Shown here: positions 11,201 to 23,850 of the stretch, piece by piece
Layout: each line of letters starts with the position of its first letter
Numbering within the stretch: position 1 is the first letter of the stretch
Origin: Squalus acanthias
Lineage: Eukaryota
Assembly: GCA_030390025.1 (NCBI GenBank)
Contig: CM059432.1
Span: 148,740,001-148,804,000 of the forward strand
DNA length: 64,000 bases
Reading direction: 5' to 3'
The notes under the pieces: generated by a model
Told to the model about the DNA's origin: nothing
The model's input: only the letters and a program-made list of their open reading frames with translations
Database searches by the model: none
Translations under genes and position numbers: made by a program

Positions 11201-12744
11201 TGTAAATGTGAAGCGGGTCTTCCTCCACTTAAAAGATCGTTTGATGCTTCTCATGGTTGGGCTGCACAAGAGTAAATTTCCCAGTCTATGGTCCCTGAAT
11301 AAGCTAATAAACACTTATAAACTTATTTTGTTTCATAAACCCAAAGAAAGGGCTGGTCAATATCACCTGAAAGGGATTCAGCTTACCCACCCCCGGCCAC
11401 AAAGCAGGCCCTACATACCACCAGATTAGATGGTCCAGTCCAGCATTCTTGTATTGTACAAGTCTGTGTACATCTTGCACGAATGACGAGCTCTTTGTCA
11501 TTATGCCAATGGCTGACTAAGTTGTATGTTCCTTGCATGACCTGTTTGGCATTTTTAAATCCTAATACATGACAACCTATCAAAACTCAACATTGCATCT
11601 TTCAATTTGTGAAGAAAAATAACAAATGGTCCTTGGCTCTCTCCATAATTTGCTCTGTAATTTTTTTTAAAGTCTCTGTAAATTATTGGAGGACATTACG
11701 GAGAAATTAAGATGGGTGATGCAAAACCGCCTTATATTCATTGCGTTCAACCCGCCAGATTATCGCCCTGACGCAAAGTGGAAAATCTACCCCCCCCCTC
11801 GTGTAGGGCCATTTGAATGAATAGGACACAGGGTTGATCGATGCTGATCTACGGTTCTTCCTTTCTGATTCATGGCATCTGACGGATACAAGTCTGTGGT
11901 GGACTTGATTTCACTCGTGGTGTTTACTGTGTGGCCTATTTATTATCCACAACCTCAGGCCTCAGGAAATGTGGTCAATTCCTAAAGTGGATATGTTTTG
12001 GACAAAGCGTGACCATAATCATAGTTGTAATGTGGAACGGCTAGGGGCTTCCAACACATTGCTTAGCCTGTGTGTCTATTTGGCACAGTTGGTAGTATTG
12101 GCGCTTCTGAATGGTAAGGCTGTCGGTTCAAGCACCACAATGAAAGCTCGTCTGACATTTCAGCGCACTGCTCAGAGACGAATGGTCAGCGTTTCGGGAT
12201 GTGTCAGTGTTTCACGCCAATGGTCAGTTTTGGGGCTGTGTCAGTATTTCACACTGAGAGTCAGTGGACTTCACCAGAATGTCACTGAGTGCTCCCACTC
12301 TACCGCCCCTTCTACTGATGTAATCAATATCTCAGCTTGCGGAGTCCACTGTCAATTTTGCAGCCAAGCACCCAGAAGCTGCTGGTGTCCCACTGACTCT
12401 ATCGCTGTATTTACACAAATGTAATGTTGGCAGAAAGTAATTTTACTGCACACTGACGCTGCAATATACTATAAATACAGCCTGAATCCAGAGTCAGGGT
12501 CTGACTCTCACTCTGCTTCTCTTTGGATTCAATTCGTCCCTGAACACCTGATTTATACTTCACAGTTTTAACGTTGCTTTAAAGCCCAAACTTGCTTTTC
12601 AGCAACTCTAAACTTGTTGCGCAAATGCACCCGAAGAGAACAGAGACAAAATCAGTTTTCACCAAACGTTGCTGGGTTATCATTGAGAAGTCAAGTATCT
12701 TATACTTGTGCACTACAAGAGGCTGGAAGGTTTCCATTACTTAC

Positions 12745-12874
12745 CAAGGTAACGGTAGTGGCTGGACCCAATAGTTGTATCCTCAAAGTGATAATACTTG
12801 CCATCTTTCAGACTGTAAACTTTGACTGTGCCAGTCCAGTAGTATGACCCAGGTGCCCCCATTACAACCAGGTC
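12745..12874 (-). CDS. ITGA9: Integrin alpha-9 coding exon (exon 6 equivalent), 130 bp
   Basis: ttttgtag|GACCTG...CCTTG|gtaagt; DLVVMGAPGSYYWTGTVKVYSLKDGKYYHFEDTTIGSSHYRYL(G). Confidence 0.95.
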
Positions 12875-13627
12875 CTACAAAATAAGGCAGATGTTAAGCC
12901 CACTGAGGCGATGATAACAGTGCAGTATTGTACACAACTGACGCTCACTCAACTTGGAATCTGCATGACTATTTTGTAGCCACTGCGGGATCTGGCACAG
13001 GGGCAAGAAATGTAACTGTTGTAATCGAAGTCATGGCCTCGAGTTTCCGCAACCCGGCTGAAATCGGCCAATCCAGCGCAAAAGATTGCGAAATTTTAAA
13101 CGCGAGTTTCGTTCAGCGTAAATCGAGTTTCCGCGGTCTTTTAACGCTGGTTTAAAAAAAAACATTTCACCCAAAGCCGGCCCCGCCCACAAAACTGGCA
13201 ACGCCCCAGATTGAAGTAATGAGCATGGCGAACTTCCAGCGACTGCGCCCGGGCGCGGCTGTTCGAGGAGGGTCCTCAAATTCAGCTGGTTTTCTGAAGT
13301 GCTCCGGCAACTAGTCGGCACATTTAAAAGTTTTTAATTATTAAAACAAACTGACTAGTGTACACCAATGAAACTAGTAAATGGTTCATTGTAGTTTTTC
13401 TAGTCATTTTCAGTGATTTAAAATCAGGTTACTCACAGGTGGTGCACGAGACACTCTTATTAAAAATGCTGATTTTTTTGTGATAAACCCATTTTCAGCT
13501 GCATTAATCAAACTGCACCAGGCTACCGCTCTTATATACATCAATTAATATTTTTAATGCAAAAAAAATAAAATAAACGATGACGTTCTATTATGCTGAC
13601 AGATTGCGCTAGTTCATGGAAGATTTT

Positions 13628-14494
13628 GGGGGAGAAATTCAGTATCGCCCCGTTTGGGGCGCAATTATCGGCCGGGCGCAAAGTTTAGCGCCTGGCGCTA
13701 ATTATCGCTTCAGACTGCAAACTTGGCTTCTATCGCCCCTGGAGGTATTTGGAGCGCTAAATCAGGTACTGCACACCTCTCTTAAGGCGCTAACGCCGAG
13801 GAGCGAGGCGCTACCTCAGAGCGCTGGCGAAGCTCATGTGATGTCAGTCAGCAATGGAACACACACACAATGGCGCCGGCCAGTTCTTAAAGGGAAGGGT
13901 CGATCTTGCTCTCCATCCACACCCTGCTCATTGCAGCCTTGAATCTCGGCCTGGAGAGACCTGCACATCAAATCTGCTGGAAAGAACAATGGAGAGGCCC
14001 AGGGAAAGAGCTCAGAGTGCAGCCCCCACAGTCTCTTCTAAATCGATACAAGGAAGATCAAATCAAAATGAACCTGCAAAGTGCTGCTCAGTACCCAAAA
14101 CTCCTTCACACAGCGTTGAATCTTTCCAGAAGTCTCTCTCTCTCAGAATGCGTGGTGCAAAAATGTCGGCGACAAAAAGAGTCAGGAAGCGGTCGCCTTT
14201 AAATAGCGCTTCCCCCAGTCCCTTCCCGACTGCAAAACGTTCCCCTCAACCTGTCGTTGCTTGCGGCAGGCGGAAAGGCAGGGGGCGCCACTCAATATCC
14301 GGTCCGGGGCGTTGCACGCTCGACTGACGTCACGATCTGCGGGCGCAGGAGATCGTGGCGGTAGTGTTTAGCGCCGCCGCAAAATGTCTGGTCAATTTCG
14401 GGAGCGGCGCAAACATCGCCGTGCCCGGGCGCTAGTTGCTTTGCGACCCATTAGGACGCTAACGGGAGGTGCAAAGCAACTGAATTTTTCCCCC
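13628..14494. mobile_element. MITE family D (Harbinger-like)
   Basis: TIRs gggggagaaattcagt / actgaatttttccccc; end region related to 47273-47954 and 49293-49985. Confidence 0.85.
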
Positions 14495-14799
14495 ATAATA
14501 TTTGTGATTATGCAAATTAGTTTGGGTGGAAACTTGAACCACAACTTCACTTTGGCAAACCAGCGCGGTTTATGCCCAGATTGCCGGATTGCGCCCAAAG
14601 CGGAAACTCTACCCGCCCCCATTGGTATTTTTGATTCTTCTATTTCCATCTTTTCTTAATCTCCAGTAGGCCTTTCAGCAGCACTGAATTATTTCAATAG
14701 TTGTTTAAATATCTCAAATTACTGGACTAAGAGCCATCAGCTGTCACAAGGTACATAAGTTGCATATCGAGATATACAGACAGATAGACATTGGAGTTA

Positions 14800-15031
14800 G
14801 TTCTGAAGGGCATGAAGCTTCTTTGGGCACTGGAGCCAGGTGGTTGGGGGGGGGGGGGGGCGACACTGCTGGCAGTGACGGCCTCGGTGATCTGGTCCCA
14901 CATCGTTCTGTCTGAAGGGCCTCCTGGCCCCTGTGGGTAAAGGACCTCTCTTGCAGTGTTGACCCCCCTGCACATACCTGGAGTGCTACGTGCGAGACCC
15001 TCGGTGCCGCTTCCCTGGCTTGCTGAACCAT
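14800..15031 (-). mobile_element. Degenerate Myb/SANT-like DNA-binding ORF of a PIF/Harbinger transposon
   Basis: Across frameshifts: MVQQAREAAPRVSHVALQV/GVNTAREVLYPQG..WDQITEAVTASSVAP/TWLQCPKKL, carrying the W..I...V and TW.QC.KK trihelix hallmarks. Confidence 0.75.
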
Positions 15032-15356
15032 TTATGTCAGTGCTGAAGCGTTTTTAGCATTTTTTTGTTTAGGTGCGGAAGGCAATTCAGCTTTAGGAGC
15101 TGAAGATTGCAATTTGGGAATTCTTGTTAATATTAATTTTTTTTTCCAGAAGGCAGTTGAGCAGTGAGGGCTATATACTGCCTACTTTTACATGATTTTT
15201 ATTTATTTTTTTCATTTCAGAAGGCAGTTCCCTTTAAGGGACCGAACTGCTTTCTGAAATGACAGGCTTGCTTTAAGAGAAAGCTGTTCTTGCTGCAATG
15301 ACGCTACGGCCACGCGACATTGGGGCCTCCTGCTGGGACGAACGCCACCAGAACAG

Positions 15357-16184
15357 TTCTGACGGAGGGTCATCGACCTGAAACGCTAACTCTGGGCTGG
15401 ATTTTGAATGACCCATGGAGTCGGGTTTGGAGGCGTGTGGGGGGTTAAATTTGCGGGGTCGGGGTTTCCGACCCCATCCCGACTCCATCCCGCCTCCACG
15501 CAATTTTGACAAAATCAGTTGCGGGGTTCCCGACTCCGTCCCGCCTTCAAGAGGCCATTAAAGCCCTTAACAAGCCCTAAATTGGCTCTGTAATGCTATT
15601 TTGAAACGTTTTAGCTAGTTTAACCCTTTTCTGACGTGAAGCACGCCTGGTGTGAAACACTCCAGTGAAACCTGGCAGGAGCACAAGTGGATAGCTGACT
15701 ATCAGCTGCAGGTCCACTATTACAACGGAGATGTGATGAAGGTAGTAGTAGGTGTGAAAGTCGCCTCTAATACTGCATTGAATGCAAAAAATTCTCATTC
15801 TCTCTCTCTCTCTCTCACATATTCATTTGCATACAGGTCCACTCACATCAGAAGCAATACACACAGGTCCTCTCTCACCAGTAGCCAGACAATCTCTGAG
15901 AGCAGGCAGTCACCAATGATGACATCATCAGAGGCGACTTTCAGACTGAAAACACTAATTGGTTCATGGGTTCCCACATGCTGGAACTCAATTGCCCAAT
16001 TAGGTGAAAATTGCATCATTCATCCACATTAATCTGGAGTCGGGGGGGGGGGGGGGGGGGGGGAGACACGACATGCGGATTACACGACCCCAACCCGACC
16101 CCAAGACAAAATCCAGCCCTCTGTTTCTCTCTCCACAGATGCTGCCTGACCTGCTGAGTATTTCCAGCATTTTCTGTTTTTATT
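15357..16184 (+). mobile_element. Penelope pseudo-LTR fragment with 12-bp direct repeats, split by a MITE
   Basis: Matches the pLTR at 17590-17685; CCACCAGAACAG at 15345-15356 and 16185-16196. Confidence 0.85.
15394..16119. mobile_element. MITE with perfect 13-bp TIR and TCT target duplication
   Basis: tct|gggctggattttg ... caaaatccagccc|tct; removing it restores the host pLTR sequence aactctgttt. Confidence 0.93.
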
Positions 16185-16346
16185 CCACCAGAACAGCGTT
16201 GCACAGCGAGTTCAGCACTGGGCTAATGTTAATTAGCCGCCGGCGCCAATTTAGCGGTCCTGCCAGCGCCATCATTTTCGGTGGCCGTTAACACCAGCCT
16301 GCGGTGGCACCGGCAACTTTTTACCGTTAGCAAATTTCTAGGCCCA

Positions 16347-16665
16347 TGGGTTCAAGCCTCACTCCAGGTCTTGACCAGGTAATTTAGGCCGACACTTCAG
16401 TGTAGTACTGAAGGGGCGATACACGGGCACAGATATTAAACCTGCCTGGGTCAGGTGAACCAAAGGGTGCTACGGAACTACTTGAAGAACAGGGGAACCA
16501 ACACCAAAACAGATTAACTGATCATTTACCTCCCTGCAGTTTGCGGGACCTTGTTGTGTGCAAATTTGCCGACAAAATGAAAGTGACTGCAGGTCAAAAG
16601 TAATTCAATGGCTATTAAGTGCTTTGGGGTCTGAAAGAAGCTTTATCAATGCAAGCTCTTTCTTT
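16347..16665 (+). mobile_element. Degenerate DeuSINE (SacSINE1-like)
   Basis: B-box GGTTCAAGCC, followed by sequence aligning with 63430-63800. Confidence 0.6.
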
Positions 16666-16932
16666 CAAGGATCAGGGCTTCTTACAGCAGTAACTTGAGT
16701 TCGTTAGTCAAACCCTACAAACAATACAGATTCTGTTCTTTCCCAAAACATAAAAGTGATCTACACGAGCCTCAGTACAGTAATAGTTCTTGGGTTTCTT
16801 TACCGTGCTATTCCTCAAGTTCCCCTTCTATAGACTCCCGCATAACACAGCAATGCCTTTCAGTACAGGAAGTATAAGAAATCCCTAATAAATGATTCTA
16901 CATGCTGTGATTGCAACCCCAACCTCCCAGGC

Positions 16933-17690
16933 AGCAGATGCAACACCTGCCCTTTTACCTCCCCCCTTCCCACTGTCCAGGGCCCCAAACACTCCTTCCA
17001 GGTGAAACAGCGATTTACTTGTACTTCTTGCAATTTAGTATACTGTATTCGCTGCTCACGATGCGGACTCCTCTACATTGGGGAGATCAAACGCAGATTG
17101 GGTGACCACTTTGCGGAACACCTCCATTCAGTCTGTAAGGGGGACCCCGAGCTTCCGGTCGCCTGTCACTTTAATTCTCCGCTCCACTCCCACTCAGACC
17201 TCTCCGTCCTCGGCCTCTTACACTGTTCCAATGAAGCTCAACATAAGCTCGAGGAACAGCACCTCATCTTTCGATTAGGCACTTTACAGCCTCTGGACTC
17301 AACATCGAGTTCAACAATTTCAGACCATAACCTCTGCCCCTATCATTTTTTTTCTCTCTCTCACATGGCAGCTGTCGATCATTCTGCCATCACCATTTAC
17401 ACTTCATCTAGAGTCATCTTTTGTTTCTTAACTTGTCCCATTACCATCTCCTTTTGCCTTGCACCATCATCCCTTTTGTCTCTTAATCTGCATCCTATCA
17501 CAGACCTTCCCTTTTGTTTTTTCCTCCCCTCCCCCCTCTCCCTGCCCCTACACTTGCTTAAAAACCTGTTCCATCTCCAACTTTTTCCAGTTCTGACGAA
17601 GGGTCATCGACCTGAAACGTTAACTCTGTTTCTCTCTCTACAGATGCTGCCTGACCTGCTGAGTATTTCCAGCATTTTCTGTTTTCTCCC
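16933..17690 (+). mobile_element. Penelope-like retroelement 3' part (GIY-YIG endonuclease plus pLTR)
   Basis: FTCTSCNLVYCIRCSRCGLLYIGEIKRRLGDHFAEH; pLTR contains a hammerhead core. Confidence 0.93.
17589..17625 (+). ncRNA. Minimal type-I hammerhead ribozyme motif in Penelope pLTR
   Basis: AGTT-CTGACGA-A-GGGTC-ATC-GACCT-GAAA-CG-TT-AACT. Confidence 0.75.
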
Positions 17691-18149
17691 AGACAGCATG
17701 TTTTATTTCATTTTTAAGGGCAGGGTGTAAGAACTCTATCCAGTCTACAAAGAGTTACAGCTCCTCAGGAAAAGTGAATTAAACAACGTGTCAAATGCTC
17801 AACTAAACCAGTGCCTCAAATTCCCCATGTTCCATTAGAACGTTGTAATGTGGCTGACGGGGAGTTCCATCCTAATTTATAAATCTTCACCACTCAGGAA
17901 GACGATATTTAAATGAGCAGAGAGGGCAAGTACGCCAGTGATGGAGGAGGTGGTTATTAGGTTCAGTGACAGAAGCACTGATCAAGCAAAGTGCCCTGTC
18001 CTGGAGGGTGTTGACTTTCTTTTGTGTTGTTGTGGTTACACTCATGCAGGCGAGTGGTGAGTATTCTATTATATTCTGGACTTGAGCCTTGTAGATGTGG
18101 AGAAGCTTTGAGGGGTCAGGAGGTGAGCCACTCAGTACGCAGTACCCAG

Positions 18150-19545
18150 ACTTTCCACCCTTCTCTCACCTTCACATGGTCCATCTCCGACTCTTCCCTT
18201 CCCTTCCTCGACTTCTCTGTCTCCATCTCTGGGGATTGGTTATTGACAAACATTCACTACAAGCCCACTGACTCCCACAGCTACCTGGACTACACTTCCT
18301 CCCACCCCGCTTCCTGTAAGGACTCTATTCCATTCTCCCAGTTTCTTCGTCTCCGCCGCATCTGCTCTGATGATGCCACCTTCCATACTAGTGCTTCCGA
18401 CATGTCTTCCTTTTTCCTCAACCGAGGATTCCCCTTTACTGTGGTTGACACGGCCCTCGACCGTGTCCATTCTATTTCCTGCACTTCTGCTCTCACCCCT
18501 TCCCCTCCCTCCCAGAACCACGATAGAGTTCCCCTTGTCCTCACCTTTCACCCCACCAGCCTCCACATTCAACGGATCATCCTCCGCCATTTCTGTCACC
18601 TCCAGCGCGATCCCACCACCAAACACATCTTCCCCTCACCTCCCCTTTCAGCATTCCGAAGGTACCGCTCCCTCTGCGACACCCTGGTCCACTCCTCTAT
18701 CACCCCCAACACCCCTTCCCCTTCGCCCGGCACCTTCCCGTGCAAGCGCAGGAGATGCAACACCTGCCCTTTAACCTCCTCCCTTCCCACTGTCCAGGGC
18801 CCCAAACACTCCTTCCAGGTGAAACAGCGATTTACTGTACTTCCTGCAATTTAGTATACTGTATTCGCTGCTCACGATGCGGTCTCCTCTACATTGGGGA
18901 GACCGCTTTGCGGAACACCTCCGTTCAGTCTGTAAGGGGGACCCCGAGCTTCCGGTCGCCTGTCACTTTAATTCTCCGCTCCACTCCCACTCTGACCTCT
19001 CCGTCCTCGGCCTCTTACACTGTTCCAATGAAGCTCAACGTAAGCTCGAGGAACAGCACCTCATCTTTCGATTAGGCACTTTACAGCCTTCTGGACTCAA
19101 CATAGAGTTCAACAATTTCAGACCATAACCTCTACCCCTATCATTTTTTTTTGCCATTTATTTATTTTTTCTCTCACATGGCAGCTGTCGATCATTCTGC
19201 CATCGCCATTTACACTTCATCTAGAGCCATCTTTTGTTTCTTAACATGTCCCATTACCATCTCCTTTTGCCTTGCACCATCATCCCTTTTGTCTCTTAAC
19301 CTCTCCTGCCTTCCGTCCTATCACAGACCTTCCCTTTTGTTCTTTCCTCCCCTCCCCCCTTTCCCTGTCTACATTTGCTTAAAAATCTGTTCCATCTCCA
19401 GCTTTTTCCAGTTCTGACGAAGGGTCATCGACCTGAAACGTTAACTCTGTTTCTCTCTCCACAGATGCTGCCTGACCTGCTGAGCATTTCCAGCATTTCC
19501 TGTTTTTATTCCAGATTTCCAGCATCCGCAGTATTTTGCTTTTGT
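18150..19545 (+). mobile_element. Penelope-like retroelement (RT C-terminus, GIY-YIG, pLTR), frameshifted
   Basis: LPFLD, YKPTDSHSYLDYTSSHP, IPFSQFLRLRRICS and VYCIRC..CGLLYIGET; hammerhead motif at 19410-19446. Confidence 0.95.
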
Positions 19546-19559
19546 ACTCAGACTCTACC

Positions 19560-22265
19560 CTGCTCTTACAGCAACGATGTTGATATGGGTGGTCCAGTTA
19601 TGGTCCTGGTCAGTGGTGATTCACCAAGCTGTTGTTGGTGGCGGGGGGGTCGGGGGGGGCGGATAGGGGAGAAATCGACGATGGTAGTGCCATTGAAGGT
19701 CGGGAGAGATTTTTGGGCCTTTTCTTCTTCAAGGTGGTTAATACCTGGCACTTTTGTGGTGTGAGTGTTACCTGCAACTGTGTCAGCCCAAGCCGGAATG
19801 TTGTCCAGATCGTGCTGTAGGTTGGCGTGGACTGCTTCGTTATTGGAGAATTGTGAATTGGCGCTGAACACTGTGGAATTGTCAGTAAACAGCCCCAGTC
19901 CTGACCTTATGACGGAGGGAAGATCATTAACCAAGCAGCTGATGGTGGTTGGGTCTAGGGCATTGCCCTGAGGAATTCCTGCAGTGAGGACAACCACAAC
20001 TATCTTCCTTTGTGTCGGGTATGATTCCAGCCATTGAGGGTTTTCCCTTTGACGCCCTAGTGACCTCAGTTTTGAACTCCTTGGTTGCCTTACTTGGCCA
20101 AATGTTGCCCTGATGTTGAGAGCAGCGACTCTCACTTCTCCTCTATCATTCAGTTCTTGCATCCATGTCTGGATCAAGGTTGTGACAATATCTGGAGCTG
20201 TGTGGTTCGGGTGTAACCCAAACTGAGTGTCACTGAGCAAGTTATTAGCGACTAGGGGCTGGATTTTACCAGCCCTGAGGAGGCGGGTTTGGAGGCGGGA
20301 CTGTTGGGAAAATGGGAAAAATTGGGAGTGGGTCCCAACCCCGCTCCCAACCTGCATCCGAACCATCTTCCCGGGAGGCGAGTCCCCAACTCGCGCAGGG
20401 ACCCTTCTCCTTGAGGCGGTAAGGGGATTAGAGCCAATTAACTGCCTGTTAACAGGTAGTTAACAGGCAGTTAAGAGGCTTTTCACCATTTTAAGCCTGC
20501 TGATGCGGGCTTCCCGACGTCAGGAAAGCCCGTCAGGGTCAGCGAGGTGAGCAGCGGGTGTGAGAGGGGTCAAAATGTCAGTTGTAGAGGTGAGATATGG
20601 GTGCAAGTGTGGACAGGAAAGTATAAGAGGTGAGTGTAAAGTGTTGGAAAAAGTTTCCTTACCTTTGCTTCTTTCTGCAGGCTTCAACCTTTGAGGATCC
20701 GGAGGTGCCTCATCTCAACGGCAGAGATGACAGAATGCCTGCTGCTTTCTCAGATGCAGCAGCCATCTGCTTTCTGCTGAGGAGAGAGGTCTTGGTGAGC
20801 CTGTGTGCAAGGGCTCACCTTAGAACTGAGATTGTCAGTGTATGACAGCTTCTCAAAGCTGTCAAATCATCTGTCGAAGCGTCATACACTGACATCATCT
20901 GTCACCGGCTTTCCCTTAATTGGCCGGTAAGCCCGTAGGGTGGGCTTAATAAGGCCAATCAAGGGAAAATAGCGTGGGTTGGTCAGACGTCGCTAGGGGA
21001 GGGACTGAAACCCGGAAACCAGAAGTCCCGCCTCCAGCACATCTCCATTGAGAAAATCCAGCCCTAGGTGTCACTTGATGACTCTACTGATGACTCCTTC
21101 CATCACTTTACTGATAATGGGGAGGAGACTCATCGGGCATTAACTGGCCAGGTTAGATTTACCTGGGCAATCTTTCACATTGTCAGTAGATACCAGTGTC
21201 ATACCTGCACTGAAATAGTTTTGTTAGGGAGCGGCTAGCTCTGGCACACAGGTCTTCAGCACTACAACCAGGGTATTGTCAAGGTCCATATCCTTTACTG
21301 TGTCTAATGCACTCAGCTGCTGCTTCATGTCACATGAAGTGAAGCAAATCGGCTGGAAATTAGCATCCATGATGGTGGGGACTTTAAGAGGATCATCCAA
21401 TTAGTATTTTTGCTCGAGGATGTGAGCAAACACTTCAGCCTTTTCTTGTACTTGTGCTGGGCTCCACAATGGCTGCAGATGGGGATGTTCATGGAGCCAC
21501 CTTCTCCTGTCAGTTGTCTGAGTCTCCAGCCCCAGTCTCGATTGGATGTGGTAGGGCTACAGAGCTTTACTCTGATCCTCTGGTTGTGGGACTGCTTAGC
21601 TCTGTCCTTCGTCTACTGCTTTTAGTAGTTAGCATCCAGGTAGCCCTATGTGGTAGCTGTTGGCACGTTCTTCTACACTCTTCATTGAAGCAAGGTTGAT
21701 CTCCCAGCTTGATGATAATTGAGGGATGTGCTAGACCATGAGGTTACAGATTGGTGGTAGCCATTATTGGCAGTAAGATTGTATAATAGCGCTTCATGGA
21801 TGTCCAGTTTTCGACTGCTAGATTAGTCTGGTCCATTTAGTACAGTGGTAGTGGCATACTATACAATGAAAGATGTCCTCATGGTAGAGATGAGACTTTG
21901 CATTCACAAAGACTGTGCAGTGGTCACTCCTGCTAAAGCTATCATGAACAGATGTGTGCACGACAGGTAGGGTACTAAGGGTGTGATCAAGTAGGTTACT
22001 TCCTCATGTTGTTGCTGTCACCGCCCGATACAGGCCCAGTCGGGAAGCTATGGACTCCAGGATTCAGCCAGCTCAGTCTGTGGTGGAACTATCCATCCAT
22101 ACTTGGTGATGGGCATCAAAGTCCCCGCCCAGAGTACTCCAATGAACGTTCAACATTGAGTAATACTGATTCAACAGTTACGGGTGGGTATAGGTAGTGA
22201 TAAGCAGACATTTCCTTGACCTTGTTTGACCTAAGCCATGAGACTTCATGAGGTCTCGAGACAAT
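19560..22265 (-). mobile_element. Old, decayed copy of the second CR1-group LINE family, interrupted by a MITE
   Basis: Degenerate RT motifs (GIPQG, FTDN) alignable to 41405-43105. Confidence 0.8.
20256..21064. mobile_element. MITE family F (Harbinger-like), TAG target duplication
   Basis: tag|gggctggatttt ... aaaatccagccc|tag. Confidence 0.9.
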
Positions 22266-22282
22266 GTTAGGGGCTCTCAGCC

Positions 22283-22714
22283 CTCGCTGACTTACATTGG
22301 CTTCCGGATCAGCAACGCCTAGATTTTAAAAATCTCATCGTTGTTTTCAAATCCCTTCATGGCCTCGCCCCTCCCTATCTCTGTAACCTCCTCCAGCCCT
22401 ACAACCTCCGAGAGCGATGCGCTCCTCCAATTCTGGCCTCTTGTGCATCCCCAATTTTAGTCGCTCCACCATTGGTGGCCGTGCCTTCAGTTGCCTAGGC
22501 CCTAAATTTTGAAATCCCCTCCCTAAACCTCTCTACCTCTCTCTCCTCTTTTAAGACGCTCCTCAAAACCTCCTTTGACCAAGCTCTTGGTCACCTGTCT
22601 TAGTAGCTCCTTGTGTGGCTCGGTGTCAAATTTTGTTTGATAACGCTCCTGTGAAGCACCGTGAGACTTTTACTACGTTAAAGGCGCTATATAAATGAAA
22701 GTTGTTGTTGTTGA
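22283..22714 (+). mobile_element. L2-type LINE 3' end
   Basis: LADLHWLP..R..FK motif; 3' end aaaggcgctatataaat followed by (GTT)n. Confidence 0.85.
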
Positions 22715-23264
22715 AAGTTGCAACATGTCTGAATTTTTCTTCATTCTTGAACTTTGTAGCAACGGGGTTGCTTGCTAAGCCACTTAAGAGGGCACTAAGA
22801 GTCAACCACATAATATAGACCAGGAGTCACATGTAAACCAGACTGAGTAGGAGCGACAGGCTCTCTGCCACAAAGGAAATTAGTCAACCAGTCGGCTTTT
22901 GATGATAATCTTGGAAGCTTTCAGTTATGTTCCTTGAGCGGGCCTTTCTCACATAGAATACAATGTAATGTTGGGCCTCGGTTTTGTAGGTCACCATTAA
23001 CACCTACAACAGTGTCCAAAGCACGTTAATGGCAAATGTATTTCCTCCCAGCTGTTTTTTCTTGTGAAATTTGTCCAAATCTTACGACAGAATCTGCTTC
23101 CCAAGAGTCCGTTCCAGAAGCTGCAGGCAGAGATCACTGGTAAGCTGGCTTTCAATTCAGGAGGTTTATTTGTTTTACCCCTTTGCTTCTTTAAGTCATT
23201 AAAGGAGAAGTCGAGCTTTATTTCAAACAAACATCTTCATCTAAGAGCCATTCACTGCGACTGG

Positions 23265-23850
23265 CGGGTTTCTAACTCTGGTATTGTTGGGAGGTTTCAT
23301 CCCATGACCTTCTGCCTCCAACCACCCCACCCCCACACTCGCGTCACTGGTCTCCCGCCACGTCCATCCGCGCAGCGCACCACCTTCCCACGCCATTCGA
23401 TCATTCTTGACCGTCAGTCAAACAACCTTTTCTTTCATCTCCAATATTTTTTATAACTAATATAAACAAAAACGTTCAAAGAAAAAGGAAAACAAACACA
23501 CAGTTTTTAATACCCCGAAGATTTTTCTCCCAAGGTTGCTTGCAGTCGTGTCCGGGAGGTTAATCTTTAAGAAAAACAGAAAATGCTGGAAATAATCAGC
23601 AGGTCAGGCAGCATCTGTGGAGAGAGAGAAACAGAGTTAACGTTTCAGGTCGATGGCAGTTCGAATGAAAGTTCATCGACCTGAAACGTTAACTCTGTTT
23701 CTCGCTCCACAGATGCTTGCCTGACCCTGCTGAGTATTGCCAGCATTTTCTCTTTTTATTTCTGATTCCAGCGCCCGCAGTATTTTTGCTTTTTGGGATT
23801 AATCTTTAATTCCTGGAGACTCGAGGGCAATCCGAGCGGATGGCAAATTT
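23265..23850. mobile_element. hAT-like non-autonomous element (GGGTTGCCA-type ends), interrupted by a Penelope pLTR palindrome
   Basis: Aligns with 53301-53707; ends are degenerate. Confidence 0.6.
23571..23798. mobile_element. Inverted pair of Penelope pLTR fragments with 11-bp direct repeats
   Basis: Arms ~23572-23654 and ~23675-23757 are reverse complements; TTAATCTTTAA at 23560-23570 and 23799-23809. Confidence 0.88.

Larger units (their letters stand above)
13033..16346. mobile_element. Harbinger-derived host element containing several nested insertions
   Basis: Ends tggcctcgagtttcc / aaatttctaggccca; contains a Myb/SANT remnant; outer boundaries inferred. Confidence 0.5.
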
